Shown here piece by piece: positions 39,743 to 57,419 of a stretch of 64,000 nt of DNA. A program made the translations under genes and the position numbers. The notes below the pieces were generated by a model, which worked only from the letters and a program-made list of their open reading frames with translations, was not told where the DNA came from and did not search any database. Where the stretch lies: positions 48,509 through 112,508 of the forward strand of contig CAWKHL010000004.1 in assembly GCA_963849525.1 (NCBI GenBank). Reading direction: 5' to 3'. This stretch comes from an uncultured Acidobacteriota bacterium (GTDB taxonomy: Bacteria > Acidobacteriota > Vicinamibacteria > Vicinamibacterales > SCN-69-37). Each line of letters begins with the position of its first letter. Position 1 is the stretch's first letter.

Positions 39743-39895
39743 TTCGACTCGGCCTCGCCGGCCTCGCGCATGGCGGGCCGAGTCGAGTGGCGGTGGCAGG
39801 CCGAGTCGAAGGGCGGAACGGCGAGCGAGCGAGTCGCGCTCGGGCCTGTCCGCCGAAGTTGAGCGAGGGCATCGGGGCAGCGGAGCGAAACGAAG

Positions 39896-39970
39896 GCGGG
39901 AGTAACTCAGTGGTAGAGTCACAGCCTTCCAAGCTGTTGGTCGCGGGTTCGATCCCCGTCTCCCGCTCCA
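39896..39970 (+). tRNA. tRNA-Gly (anticodon TCC)
   Basis: gcgggagtaactcagtggtagagtcacagccTTCCAAgctgt..gcgggttcgatccccgtctcccgcTCCA. Confidence 0.9.
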
Positions 39971-40112
39971 GTTTTCGCCGAACGCGCGCGGCGCTCGCGG
40001 CGTCGGCTGGCGGGCCAGTGGGTCGCGCGCTGAACGCATCGCGTGGGTTCGGCAGCCGAGGGCTAGGCCGACTTGTGGGCCGAAGCGGCGAGCGACGCGA
40101 GCGCTCGCGAAG

Positions 40113-40188
<76 letters not shown>

Positions 40189-40274
40189 GAAGTGTCCGCG
40201 GCGGTCGCGGCGCGGGAGACGACGGACGTAGACGAGAGCAACTCAAGTACGACTTTTAACGGAGACCGAGAGCA

Positions 40275-41474
40275 ATGGCGAAGGAGAAGTTTGATCGTTC
40301 GAAGCCGCACGTGAACGTTGGCACGATTGGCCACATTGACCATGGGAAGACGACGCTGACCGCGGCGTTGACCAAGGTGGCGGCCGACAAAGGGTGGGCC
40401 AAGTTCGTGTCGTACGACGAAGTGGCCAAGGCCTCGGAGTCGCAGGGGCGCCGTGACGAATCGAAGGTCATGACGATTGCGACGAGTCACGTCGAGTACT
40501 CGACCGCGAAGCGTCATTACGCGCACGTCGACTGCCCGGGCCACGCCGACTACATCAAGAACATGATCACCGGCGCGGCGCAGATGGACGGCGCGATTCT
40601 GGTGGTCAGCGCCGTCGACGGCCCGATGCCGCAGACGCGCGAGCACGTCCTGCTCGCCTATCAGGTCAACGTGCCGTATCTGGTGGTCGCGCTGAACAAG
40701 GTCGACGCGGTCGACGATCCGGAGTTGCTGGACCTCGTCGAACTCGAGGTGCGGGACCTTCTGAAGACCTACAAGTTCCCCGGCGACGATGTGCCGGTGG
40801 TGCGCGTGTCGGCGCTCAAGGCCCTGCAGGGCGACCCGGAGGGCGTCGAGTCGGTGCTGAAGCTGATGGAAGCGCTCGACGCGTACATCCCCATGCCGCA
40901 GCGCGACGTGGACAAGCCGTTCCTGATGCCGATCGAGGACGTGTTCTCGATTTCCGGCCGCGGCACGGTCGTCACCGGTCGCGTCGAGCGCGGCAAGGTC
41001 AAGGTGGGCGAGGAGATCGAGATCATCGGGTTCAAGCCGACCGAGAAGAAGGTCGTCACCGGCGTCGAGATGTTCCGCAAGCTGCTCGACGAGGGCGTGG
41101 CCGGCGACAACATCGGCGTGCTGCTCCGCGGCGTCGAGAAGGACGATGTCGAGCGCGGCCAGGTGCTGGCCAAGCCCGGCTCGATCACGCCGCACACGAA
41201 GTTCAAGGCCGAGGTGTACATCCTGTCGAAGGACGAGGGGGGGCGCCACACGCCGTTCTTCAACGGGTATCGTCCGCAGTTCTACATCCGCACGACCGAC
41301 GTGACCGGGACCCTCAATCTTCCGGAAGGCGTGGAGATGGTGATGCCCGGGGACAACACGACCATCACCGGCGAGTTGATGGCGCCCGTCGCGATCGAGA
41401 AGGGCAGCCGGTTCGCCATTCGTGAAGGCGGACGGACGGTCGGCGCCGGAACGATTACGGAAATCATCGAATAG
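40275..41474 (+). CDS. tuf: Elongation factor Tu
   Basis: 399 aa. [44 protein letters not shown].. Intact. Confidence 0.98.
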   Translation: MAKEKFDRSKPHVNVGTIGHIDHGKTTLTAALTKVAADKGWAKFVSYDEVAKASESQGRRDESKVMTIATSHVEYSTAKRHYAHVDCPGHADYIKNMITGAAQMDGAILVVSAVDGPMPQTREHVLLAYQVNVPYLVVALNKVDAVDDPELLDLVELEVRDLLKTYKFPGDDVPVVRVSALKALQGDPEGVESVLKLMEALDAYIPMPQRDVDKPFLMPIEDVFSISGRGTVVTGRVERGKVKVGEEIEIIGFKPTEKKVVTGVEMFRKLLDEGVAGDNIGVLLRGVEKDDVERGQVLAKPGSITPHTKFKAEVYILSKDEGGRHTPFFNGYRPQFYIRTTDVTGTLNLPEGVEMVMPGDNTTITGELMAPVAIEKGSRFAIREGGRTVGAGTITEIIE

Positions 41475-41494
41475 GCATTCGGCATCGGGCACGA

Positions 41495-41530
41495 GGCACT
41501 AGGCCGGACGTGGTCTAGTGCCCAGTGCCT
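41495..41530. repeat. CCTAGTG-type heptamer hairpin after tuf
   Basis: ggcactag (41495-41502) pairs with ctagtgcc (41515-41522), followed by cagtgcctgg. Same unit as the 3-copy array at 43899-43925. Confidence 0.55.
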
Positions 41531-41558
41531 GGCGCCCGGCGCCTGATGGGATTCACTT

Positions 41559-41708
41559 ATGCGCGAAATCGTCACCCTGGCGTGCCTCGAGTGCAAACGG
41601 CGGAATTACAGCACGACCAAGAACCGCCGTAAGAGCTCGGAGCGCCTGGAGTTCAACAAGTACTGCCGCGCGTGCCGCAAGCACACGTCGCACAAGGAAA
41701 GTAAGTAA
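41559..41708 (+). CDS. rpmG: 50S ribosomal protein L33
   Basis: 49-aa ORF absent from the ORF track. [49 protein letters not shown]. Canonical position before tRNA-Trp, secE and nusG. Confidence 0.9.
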   Translation: MREIVTLACLECKRRNYSTTKNRRKSSERLEFNKYCRACRKHTSHKESK

Positions 41709-41722
41709 CGTCGGATCCGTAC

Positions 41723-41798
41723 AGGCCAGTAGCTCAATTGGCAGAGCATCGGTCTCCAAAACCGAGGGCTGGGGGTTCGATTCCCTCCTGGCCTGCCA
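41723..41798 (+). tRNA. tRNA-Trp (anticodon CCA)
   Basis: aggccagtagctcaattggcagagcatcggtCTCCAAAaccga..gggggttcgattccctcctggcctGCCA. Confidence 0.9.
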
Positions 41799-41934
41799 GA
41801 TTGCGCGCTCGGCCGGGCGGCGCGCGAAAGACCGAACGGGGCAAGTCCCGGGCCGCGCGAGAGCGAGGGCCGTCAGGGCGTCGCGCAAAGCGCGAGGAGC
41901 GAGTGGGGGCGGGGCCCCACGCGCGGAGAAGTAG

Positions 41935-42186
41935 ATGAAGGTCGCGATGCTGGACAATCTCAAGGAATCGCCGGATCACGTGATGGGGTGGTTCGGTCGC
42001 GGACGACAGTTCCTGACCGAGGTCCGCGCCGAAATGACGCGGGTGACGTGGCCGACCCGCCGTGAGGTCTGGGCGACGACGATCGTCGTCATTCTCGTGT
42101 CGGTGGTCATCGGGTTGTATCTCTACGCGGTTGACCTGGGGCTGTCGAGCCTCGTCGGGTGGATCATTGGACGGTTTGGTGGTTGA
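41935..42186 (+). CDS. secE: Preprotein translocase subunit SecE
   Basis: 83 aa. ..[42 protein letters not shown].. shows a single C-terminal TM segment and the typical KVxWP motif. Confidence 0.88.
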   Translation: MKVAMLDNLKESPDHVMGWFGRGRQFLTEVRAEMTRVTWPTRREVWATTIVVILVSVVIGLYLYAVDLGLSSLVGWIIGRFGG

Positions 42187-42199
42187 GCGCGCGAGCGAC

Positions 42200-42754
42200 G
42201 TGAAGGGTGTCGTGACCGACGACAAGACGAAGCACTGGTACATCATCCACACCTACTCGGGGTTCGAGAACAAGGTGCGCGAATCGCTCGAGCAGCGCGT
42301 GCAGGCGTACGGGCTGCAGGACGAGATCGGCGAAGTCTTGATTCCGACCGAGCTGGTGGTCGAGAAGCGCGGCGGACGCACCGTCGAGACCTCGAAGCGG
42401 TTCTTCCCGGGCTACATCCTGGTCGAGATGCACATGTCCGACCACGCGTGGCACGTCGTCAAGAACACGCCGAAGGTCACCGGGTTCGTCGGCGCCGGAT
42501 CGAAGCCGACGCCGCTGTCGCGCGAAGAGGTCGACCAGATCCTGCACCAGGTCACGGTCGCGGCCGAGAAGCCCAAGCCGAAGTACACCTTCGACAAGGG
42601 CGACCAGGTGCGCATCAACGAGGGCCCGTTCGCCAGCTTCAACGGCGTGGTCGAGGACGTCAACGCGGATCGCAACACGCTGAAGGTGATGGTTACGATT
42701 TTCGGGCGCGCCACGCCGGTGGAACTGGACTTCCTTCAGGTGGAGAAGCTCTGA
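42200..42754 (+). CDS. nusG: Transcription termination/antitermination factor NusG
   Basis: ..[55 protein letters not shown] (KOW). Start is either GTG 42200 or GTG 42179; both are in frame. Confidence 0.9.
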   Translation: MKGVVTDDKTKHWYIIHTYSGFENKVRESLEQRVQAYGLQDEIGEVLIPTELVVEKRGGRTVETSKRFFPGYILVEMHMSDHAWHVVKNTPKVTGFVGAGSKPTPLSREEVDQILHQVTVAAEKPKPKYTFDKGDQVRINEGPFASFNGVVEDVNADRNTLKVMVTIFGRATPVELDFLQVEKL

Positions 42755-42793
42755 GGAAGTTTGAAGTTGGAAGCCAGAAGTTAGAAGTTCAAG

Positions 42794-43410
42794 GCGCCGC
42801 GCGAAGCGCGTAAGCGAGCGGGAGTCGGGCGCCGCGAGCCTTGAGAAGAGACGCCCGCGGACGCGAAGCGCCGCGGCCAGCCCAAGGGGCGCCGCGCGAA
42901 GCGCGTAAGCGAGTGGGAGTCGGGCGCCGCGAGTATTGAGAAGGGACGCCCGCGGACGCGAAGCGCCGCGGCCAGCCCAAGGGGCGCCGCGCGAAGCGCG
43001 TAAGCGAGCGGGAGTCGGGCGCCGCGAGTATTGAGAAGAGACGCCCGCGGACGCGAAGCGCCGCGGCCAGCCCAAGGGGCGCCGCGCGAAGCGCGTAAGC
43101 GAGTGGGAGTCGGGCGCCGCGAGTATTGAGAAGAGACGCCCGCGGACGCGAAGCGCCGCGGCCAGCCCAAGGGGCGCCGCGCGAAGCGCGTAAGCGAGTG
43201 GGAGTCGGGCGCCGCGAGCCTTGAGAAGAAACGCCCGCGGACGCGAAGCGCCGCGGCCAGCCCAAGGGGCGCCGCGCGAAGCGCGTAAGCGAGTGGGAGC
43301 CGGGCGCCGCGAGTATTGAGAAGGGACGCCCGCGGACGCGAAGCGCCGCGGCCAGCCCAAGGGGCGCCGCGCGAAGCGCGTAAGCGAGTGGGGGTGGGGC
43401 CCCGCGAGCA
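42794..43410. repeat. 95-bp tandem repeat, ~6.5 copies (GC-rich intergenic repeat family)
   Basis: Unit gcgccgcgcgaagcgcgtaagcgagYgggagtcgggcgccgcgagNNttgagaagRgacgcccgcggacgcgaagcgccgcggccagcccaaggg. Units start at 42794, 42889, 42984, 43079, 43174, 43269 and 43364 (the last partial). Confidence 0.95.
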
Positions 43411-43421
43411 GGTAAAAGAAG

Positions 43422-43847
43422 ATGGCGAAAAAGATTCAGACAAGCGTGAAGCTCCAGATTGCCGCCGGCAAGGCGACGCCGGCGCCGCCCGTCGGCACCG
43501 CGCTCGGGCCGCACGGCGTGAACATCATGGACTTCTGCAAGAACTTCAACGCGAAGACCGCCAAGGATGAGGGGCTGATCATCCCGGTCGTCGTGACGAT
43601 CTATTCCGATCGGTCCTTTACGTTCATCACGAAGACCCCGCCGGCGGCCGTGCTGCTCAAGCGCGCGGCCAATATCGCCAAGGGGTCCGGCGAGCCGAAC
43701 AAGACCAAGGTGGGCACGGTGACCGCGAGCCAGGTCGATGAGATCGCGAAGCTCAAGCTGCCGGACCTCAACTGCGAGTCGCTCGATGCGGCGGCCCGCT
43801 CGGTCCGCGGCACGGCCCGGTCGATGGGCCTGGACGTGATCGACTAG
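43422..43847 (+). CDS. rplK: 50S ribosomal protein L11
   Basis: 141 aa. [43 protein letters not shown].. Confidence 0.97.
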   Translation: MAKKIQTSVKLQIAAGKATPAPPVGTALGPHGVNIMDFCKNFNAKTAKDEGLIIPVVVTIYSDRSFTFITKTPPAAVLLKRAANIAKGSGEPNKTKVGTVTASQVDEIAKLKLPDLNCESLDAAARSVRGTARSMGLDVID

Positions 43848-43984
43848 GACGCTGGCCACGGGCCCAGGGCCTCAGGCCCCGGACAGCCCGACCCGAGTGG
43901 CCTAGTGCCTAGTGCCTAGTGCCTGGAAGCGGAAGTCGTAGATGTGGCAGGCCTTCGGGCCGCGATGACCACAGGAGAACGGTA

Positions 43985-44692
43985 ATGAGAACCCACGGGA
44001 AGAAGTTCGAAGCGGCGCGACAGCAAGTGCCGGCCCGGCCGCACAAGATTGAAGAGGCCGTGCCGCTCCTCCAGAAAGTCAAGTTCGCCAAGTTCGATGA
44101 GACGGTCGAGTTGGCCGTGCGCCTGGGCGTCGATCCCAAGCACTCCGATCAGATGGTTCGCGGCACGGTGATCCTGCCGCACGGCCTGGGCGGCAAGTCC
44201 AAGCGGGTGCTCGTCATCGCCAACGCGGAGAAGCAGCGGGAAGCCACGGACGCGGGCGCCGACGAAGTCGGCGGCGAGGAGCTGGTCGAGCGCATCACCG
44301 GGGGATGGATGGACTTCGACGCCGTGGTGGCGACGCCCGACATGATGCGGGCCGTCGGCCGGCTCGGCAAAGTGCTGGGCCCGCGGGGCCTGATGCCGAA
44401 TCCAAAGACCGGCACCGTGACGCTCGACGTCGTCAAGGCCGTGCAGGAGATCAAGGCCGGCAAGGTCGAGTTCCGCGTCGACAAGGCGGGCATCGTCCAC
44501 GCGCCGATCGGGAAGATCTCGTTCAGCCCGGACTGGCTCGTGGCCAACGCGCACGCGCTCATGGACAGCGTGGTCCGCGCGAAGCCGTCGGCCGCCAAGG
44601 GCAAGTATCTGAAGAGCGTGACGATGTCCTCGACGATGGGGCCCGGCGTCACGATTGACACGTCGCATGTGGATGACCTGGTGAAGCAGTAA
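43985..44692 (+). CDS. rplA: 50S ribosomal protein L1
   Basis: 235 aa from ATG 43985. ..[47 protein letters not shown].. Confidence 0.95.
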   Translation: MRTHGKKFEAARQQVPARPHKIEEAVPLLQKVKFAKFDETVELAVRLGVDPKHSDQMVRGTVILPHGLGGKSKRVLVIANAEKQREATDAGADEVGGEELVERITGGWMDFDAVVATPDMMRAVGRLGKVLGPRGLMPNPKTGTVTLDVVKAVQEIKAGKVEFRVDKAGIVHAPIGKISFSPDWLVANAHALMDSVVRAKPSAAKGKYLKSVTMSSTMGPGVTIDTSHVDDLVKQ

Positions 44693-44836
44693 CGAGGCCC
44701 AGGGGCCTCCGGCCCTGGGCCGCGCCGACAGCCGCGGGCGCGAGGCGCCGCGGCAAGCCCGTCAGGGCGTCGCGCGAAGCGCGGGAGCGAGCGGGGGTGG
44801 GGCCCCGCGAGCCCTGAGAAGAGTTGGCAAAGAGAC

Positions 44837-45370
44837 ATGGCCGTCAGTAGAGCCGAAAAAGAAACGGAATTGCAGGAGCTGGAAGCGGCGTTCCGCCAGG
44901 CGGACACCGCCGTGCTCGTCGACTATCGCGGCGTGAGCGTGCCCGACGTGACCGAGCTGCGCCGGCAGATCCGCGCGGTGGGCGCGACCTATCGGGTCGT
45001 CAAGAACACGATCGCCAAGCGGGCCGCGTCCGGGACGTTGCTCGCCTCGCTCGACGCGCACTTCATCGGGCCGACGGCCGTGGTCTTCACGAACACCGAC
45101 CCGGTGGCGATGGCCAAGGCGCTCACGGCGTTCGCCAAGAACGCGCCGACGATGAGCATCAAGGCGGCCGTGGTGCAGGGGCAGACGGTCGCCGCCGGCG
45201 CGGTTGCCGACCTGGCCAGCCTGCCGGGCAAGCCCGAGCTGTATGCGAGGCTGCTGTCCGTCATGCAGGGGCCGGCGCAGCAGTTGGTGACGGTGCTCTC
45301 CGCCGTGCCGCGCGACCTGGTGACGGTGTTGGCGCAGGCGGAGAAGAAGAAGGCGGAGACGGCAAGTTAG
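44837..45370 (+). CDS. rplJ: 50S ribosomal protein L10
   Basis: 177 aa. ..[33 protein letters not shown].. Ends AGT-TAG inside a repeat unit. Confidence 0.93.
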   Translation: MAVSRAEKETELQELEAAFRQADTAVLVDYRGVSVPDVTELRRQIRAVGATYRVVKNTIAKRAASGTLLASLDAHFIGPTAVVFTNTDPVAMAKALTAFAKNAPTMSIKAAVVQGQTVAAGAVADLASLPGKPELYARLLSVMQGPAQQLVTVLSAVPRDLVTVLAQAEKKKAETAS

Positions 45371-45499
45371 AAGTGGGAAGCCAGAGGTTCGAAGTGTGGC
45401 GGGCGGTTGCCCGCCCCCTGGCGCCAGTCGTTGAGCGATCGACCTCTGGTTTTTGACTTCGAACTTGACCGAACGCGAATTTTTTCGAGGAGACAGACA

Positions 45500-45889
45500 A
45501 TGGCCGAAGTGACGCAGCAGCAAGTCGTGGAGTACATCAAGGGCATCTCGGTGCTCGAGCTTTCGCAGCTGGTGAAGACGCTGGAGCAGGAGCTCGGCGT
45601 GTCGGCGGCGGCGGCGATGCCGATGATGATGCCGATGGCGGGTGGCGGCGGGGGCGCGGCGGCCCCGGCCGAAGAGAAGACCGAGTTCACGGTGACGCTG
45701 ACCGAAATCGGCGGCAACAAGATCAACGTGATCAAGGTCGTGCGCGAGGTGACGAGCCTCGGCTTGAAGGAGGCCAAGGACCTGGTCGAGTCGGCGCCCA
45801 AGGCGGTCAAAGAGGGCGTGACCAAGGACGAGGCGGCGTCGATCAAGAAGAAGTTCGAAGAGGCCGGCGCGAAGGTCGAAATCAAGTAG
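45500..45889 (+). CDS. rplL: 50S ribosomal protein L7/L12
   Basis: 129 aa from ATG 45500. ..[56 protein letters not shown].. Confidence 0.96.
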   Translation: MAEVTQQQVVEYIKGISVLELSQLVKTLEQELGVSAAAAMPMMMPMAGGGGGAAAPAEEKTEFTVTLTEIGGNKINVIKVVREVTSLGLKEAKDLVESAPKAVKEGVTKDEAASIKKKFEEAGAKVEIK

Positions 45890-45927
45890 CGGACATTGAC
45901 CTGCCGGGCCGGTCGCCCCGTTGGGGG

Positions 45928-46105
45928 TCGATCGGCCCACGGTCATCGACCGACCGCCCTGGGCGGCCGGTCGCGCAGTCGTTTCGCTCGGCCGATGCGA
46001 TGGGCCCCCTGGGTCGATCCGGATCGGCCGATGGGCCGATGTCGATCGGTCGATGGCTCGATCGCCAGGCGTGTTGACAGGTCGATGGGTCGATCGGCCG
46101 ATGGG
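45928..46105. repeat. 8-nt periodic CGAT-containing array (TCGATSGN units) upstream of rpoB
   Basis: ..ggccgatg ggccgatg tcgatcgg tcgatggc tcgatcgc.. and gtcgatgggtcgatcggccgatggg. Contains many GATC/TCGA palindromes. Confidence 0.75.
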
Positions 46106-46142
46106 TTGACGCTGGTGCTCTTGTCTCAGTAGAGGTCACTGA

Positions 46143-50464
<4,322 letters not shown>

Positions 50465-50484
50465 GCGCTGACGCTGGAGCTGGA

Positions 50485-50588
50485 CAAGTTTTGAAGTGAG
50501 AGGCCAGAGGTTGGAAGTCGGAGGGGCGGCCGGTCGAGTGCTGGCCGGGCGCGCCCTTCGAACTTCTGGCTTCTAACTTCGAAGTTGA
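50485..50588. repeat. Inverted AGAAGNN-type arrays (imperfect ~30-bp hairpin) in the rpoB-rpoC spacer
   Basis: caagttttgaagtgagaggccagaggttggaag versus the reverse complement of cttcgaacttctggcttctaacttcgaagttg. Most mismatches are G-U compatible. Confidence 0.75.
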
Positions 50589-50604
50589 CGAGGACCACCA
50601 ACAG

Positions 50605-55507
<4,903 letters not shown>

Positions 55508-55609
55508 TGGGCCGGCGGTTTGAAAGGAGAATCCCGAGGCCCCGATGGTGAGCGTTCCAGCTGATGACGTCCGAGCCGCGGCGCTCGGAGAAGCGGGAGA
55601 AGGCCTCAA

Positions 55610-56686
55610 GTGACGAGACAGTCGATCGTTCACGTCGCCCTTGTCGTTCGAGACTATGACGAGGCCATCGCCTTTTTCACGCGCGTGCTGGACTTCACGC
55701 TGGTCGAAGACACCTATATCCCCGAACAGGACAAGCGCTGGGTGCTCGTCGCGCCTCCCGGTTCCGCCGGCACGAGCCTCGTATTGGCGCGTCCGTCGCA
55801 GGCTGGCCAGGAGGCGTTCGTCGGCAATCAGACCGGCGGGCGGGTGAGCTTCTTCCTGCGCACCGATGATTTCTGGCGCGACTACGACTCGATGCGCTCC
55901 CGCGGCGTCGAGTTCACCAGACCGCCGATGTCCGCGCCGTACGGCACGGTTGCGGTCTTCAAGGACTTGTACGGCAATCTCTGGGACCTCATCGGGCCCA
56001 GTCGGGTGCCCAGGAGTTCGAGTGAGCCTATGGCAGCACACGACCCGTCGAGCGAGCCGACCGTGCCGCCCATGAGGGCGCAGGACTATTCCGAGGTGCA
56101 GGACTGGCCGGGGTACTTCGGAGCCGTCCTCGGCAAGGGGGCACGCGAGACACTGGTTGCGGCGTTGGATTCGTTTGAAGCCGAGGGATTCGCCGAAGGC
56201 CTGGCGGTCGACGTGGCTGCGGGCGAGGGGCGGGACACGCTGGAGCTGCTCAAACGGGGCTGGCGCGTGGTGGCGACCGACGGCCACCCGGACGCGTTCT
56301 CCCTCTTGTGGCCTCGCGTGCCGGAGGCGTCGAAGCCACGGTTGACGACCGTTGAAGCGAACTTCGCCGAGATGCACGTCCCTCTCTGCGACTTGGTGAA
56401 CGCGAGTTTCGCGCTGCCGTTTTGCGAGCCGCGGCACTTTGTCGCGTTCTGGCGCCGGATCGTCGCGGCAATCCGCCCCGGTGGCCGGTTCGCCGGGCAG
56501 TTCTTCGGGAAGCGCGACTCCTGGGCGTCGCTCCCGGACCGGATGCACCATTCCCTGGGCGAGGTCTTGGAGCTGCTGGAAGGCTTCGAGATCGAGATGC
56601 TGAACGAAGAAGAGAGAGACGACGCGCCCGAGGTGAGGAATCCCAAGCATTGGCAGCTGTTCCACGTCGTGGCGCGGAAGCGGTGA
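55610..56686 (+). CDS. Fusion protein: VOC/glyoxalase-like domain + class I SAM-dependent methyltransferase domain
   Basis: 358 aa. N-terminus ..IVHVALVVRDYDEAIAFFTRVLDF..VAVFKDLYGNLWDLI (VOC fold). C-terminus ..AVDVAAGEGRDTLELLKRGWRVVATD..IRPGGRFAGQFF.. (MTase motifs I and post-II). Confidence 0.7.
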   Translation: MTRQSIVHVALVVRDYDEAIAFFTRVLDFTLVEDTYIPEQDKRWVLVAPPGSAGTSLVLARPSQAGQEAFVGNQTGGRVSFFLRTDDFWRDYDSMRSRGVEFTRPPMSAPYGTVAVFKDLYGNLWDLIGPSRVPRSSSEPMAAHDPSSEPTVPPMRAQDYSEVQDWPGYFGAVLGKGARETLVAALDSFEAEGFAEGLAVDVAAGEGRDTLELLKRGWRVVATDGHPDAFSLLWPRVPEASKPRLTTVEANFAEMHVPLCDLVNASFALPFCEPRHFVAFWRRIVAAIRPGGRFAGQFFGKRDSWASLPDRMHHSLGEVLELLEGFEIEMLNEEERDDAPEVRNPKHWQLFHVVARKR

Positions 56687-56732
56687 CGCGGAGGCGCACG
56701 GTGCGACGTAGTCAGTCCAGGCCGGCAACACG

Positions 56733-57182
56733 ATGAGGCGCGATCAACAGCAGGTCTTCAGAACAAAGGTCGATGCGTGGCTCGTCGCCGTGGTGTCGAT
56801 TGCCTTTGGCGCGGGCTGGATGGCGGTGGCCAGGGTGAAGCCGGACGGCCTCCATCCTCTGATAGCGGCGGAGATCGCCTTGGCTCTGGCCTTCGGTCTC
56901 GTGGCGTGGATATTCGTCGCGACCGACTACGAGGTGACCGCCGATCGGCTCATCGTCCGTTCCGGTCCGATTCATACGGCCGTGCCCCTGGCCTCGGTGC
57001 GGCGGCTCCGCGCAACGCATAACCCTCTCTCGGCCCCGGCGCTTTCGTTCGATCGCATCGAGGTCCTGCACGACTCCGGACGAATCCTGATTTCCCCTCG
57101 CGACAAGCGGGGATTCGTGAACGCGATCCTCGCCCGCGCGCCCGGCGTGGTCGTGGACGGCCGGCTGGCTACCCTCGAGTGA
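56733..57182 (+). CDS. Membrane-anchored bacterial PH domain protein (YdbS/DUF304-like)
   Basis: 149 aa with two N-terminal TM helices, then ..DYEVTADRLIVRSGPIHTAVPLASVRRL..FDRIEVL.. Confidence 0.6.
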   Translation: MRRDQQQVFRTKVDAWLVAVVSIAFGAGWMAVARVKPDGLHPLIAAEIALALAFGLVAWIFVATDYEVTADRLIVRSGPIHTAVPLASVRRLRATHNPLSAPALSFDRIEVLHDSGRILISPRDKRGFVNAILARAPGVVVDGRLATLE

Positions 57183-57419
57183 GCGCGTCGTGAACGCCAG
57201 GGCGAATGCCTCGACCGCGGGCGCCCCACGTCGCTCGTCGGCCGGCCGCGCGACCGGTCGTGTGCGGGCGCCTTTCGAGCGGTCTGCGGATGAGGTAGTC
57301 TTCCGGCTACAGGAAGAGGGCTGTCTAATAGGCCACGCCGCGCCGGTGGCATGGCTGCCGTGCGGCCAGCCGCGAGCGCTCGTCCGAACCACACTTTTCT
57401 CTCGAGGGGAGACGTCGGC

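Noticed and set aside
42794-43410. CRISPR array
   Set aside because: The 95-bp units are directly contiguous with no unique spacers. The 7/8-nt arrays are far too short and have no repeat-spacer periodicity. No cas genes are present in the window.
42164-43859. Three long minus-strand ORFs (398, 220 and 356 aa) with Arg/Ala/Pro-rich repeating peptide
   Set aside because: They are read-through of the 95-bp tandem repeat, which happens to lack stops in all three reverse frames. The peptide periodicity is 3 units = 95 aa. They also run antisense into nusG and rplK. There is no start context or codon-usage support.
45365-45470. A simple single hairpin in the rplJ-rplL spacer
   Set aside because: The complementary blocks (ccagaggt/acctctgg and tcgaagt/acttcga) occur in the same order on both sides, so they cannot nest in one stem. 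Only alternative or pseudoknot-like pairings are possible. It is reported only as part of the repeat family.
46074-46134. Sigma70-like promoter upstream of rpoB (TTGACA at 46074-46079, TTGACG at 46106-46111)
   Set aside because: No acceptable -10 hexamer at 16-18 nt spacing (gccgat / gtagag). The second site is too close to the ATG. The -35-like hexamers may just be part of the CGAT-phased repeat.
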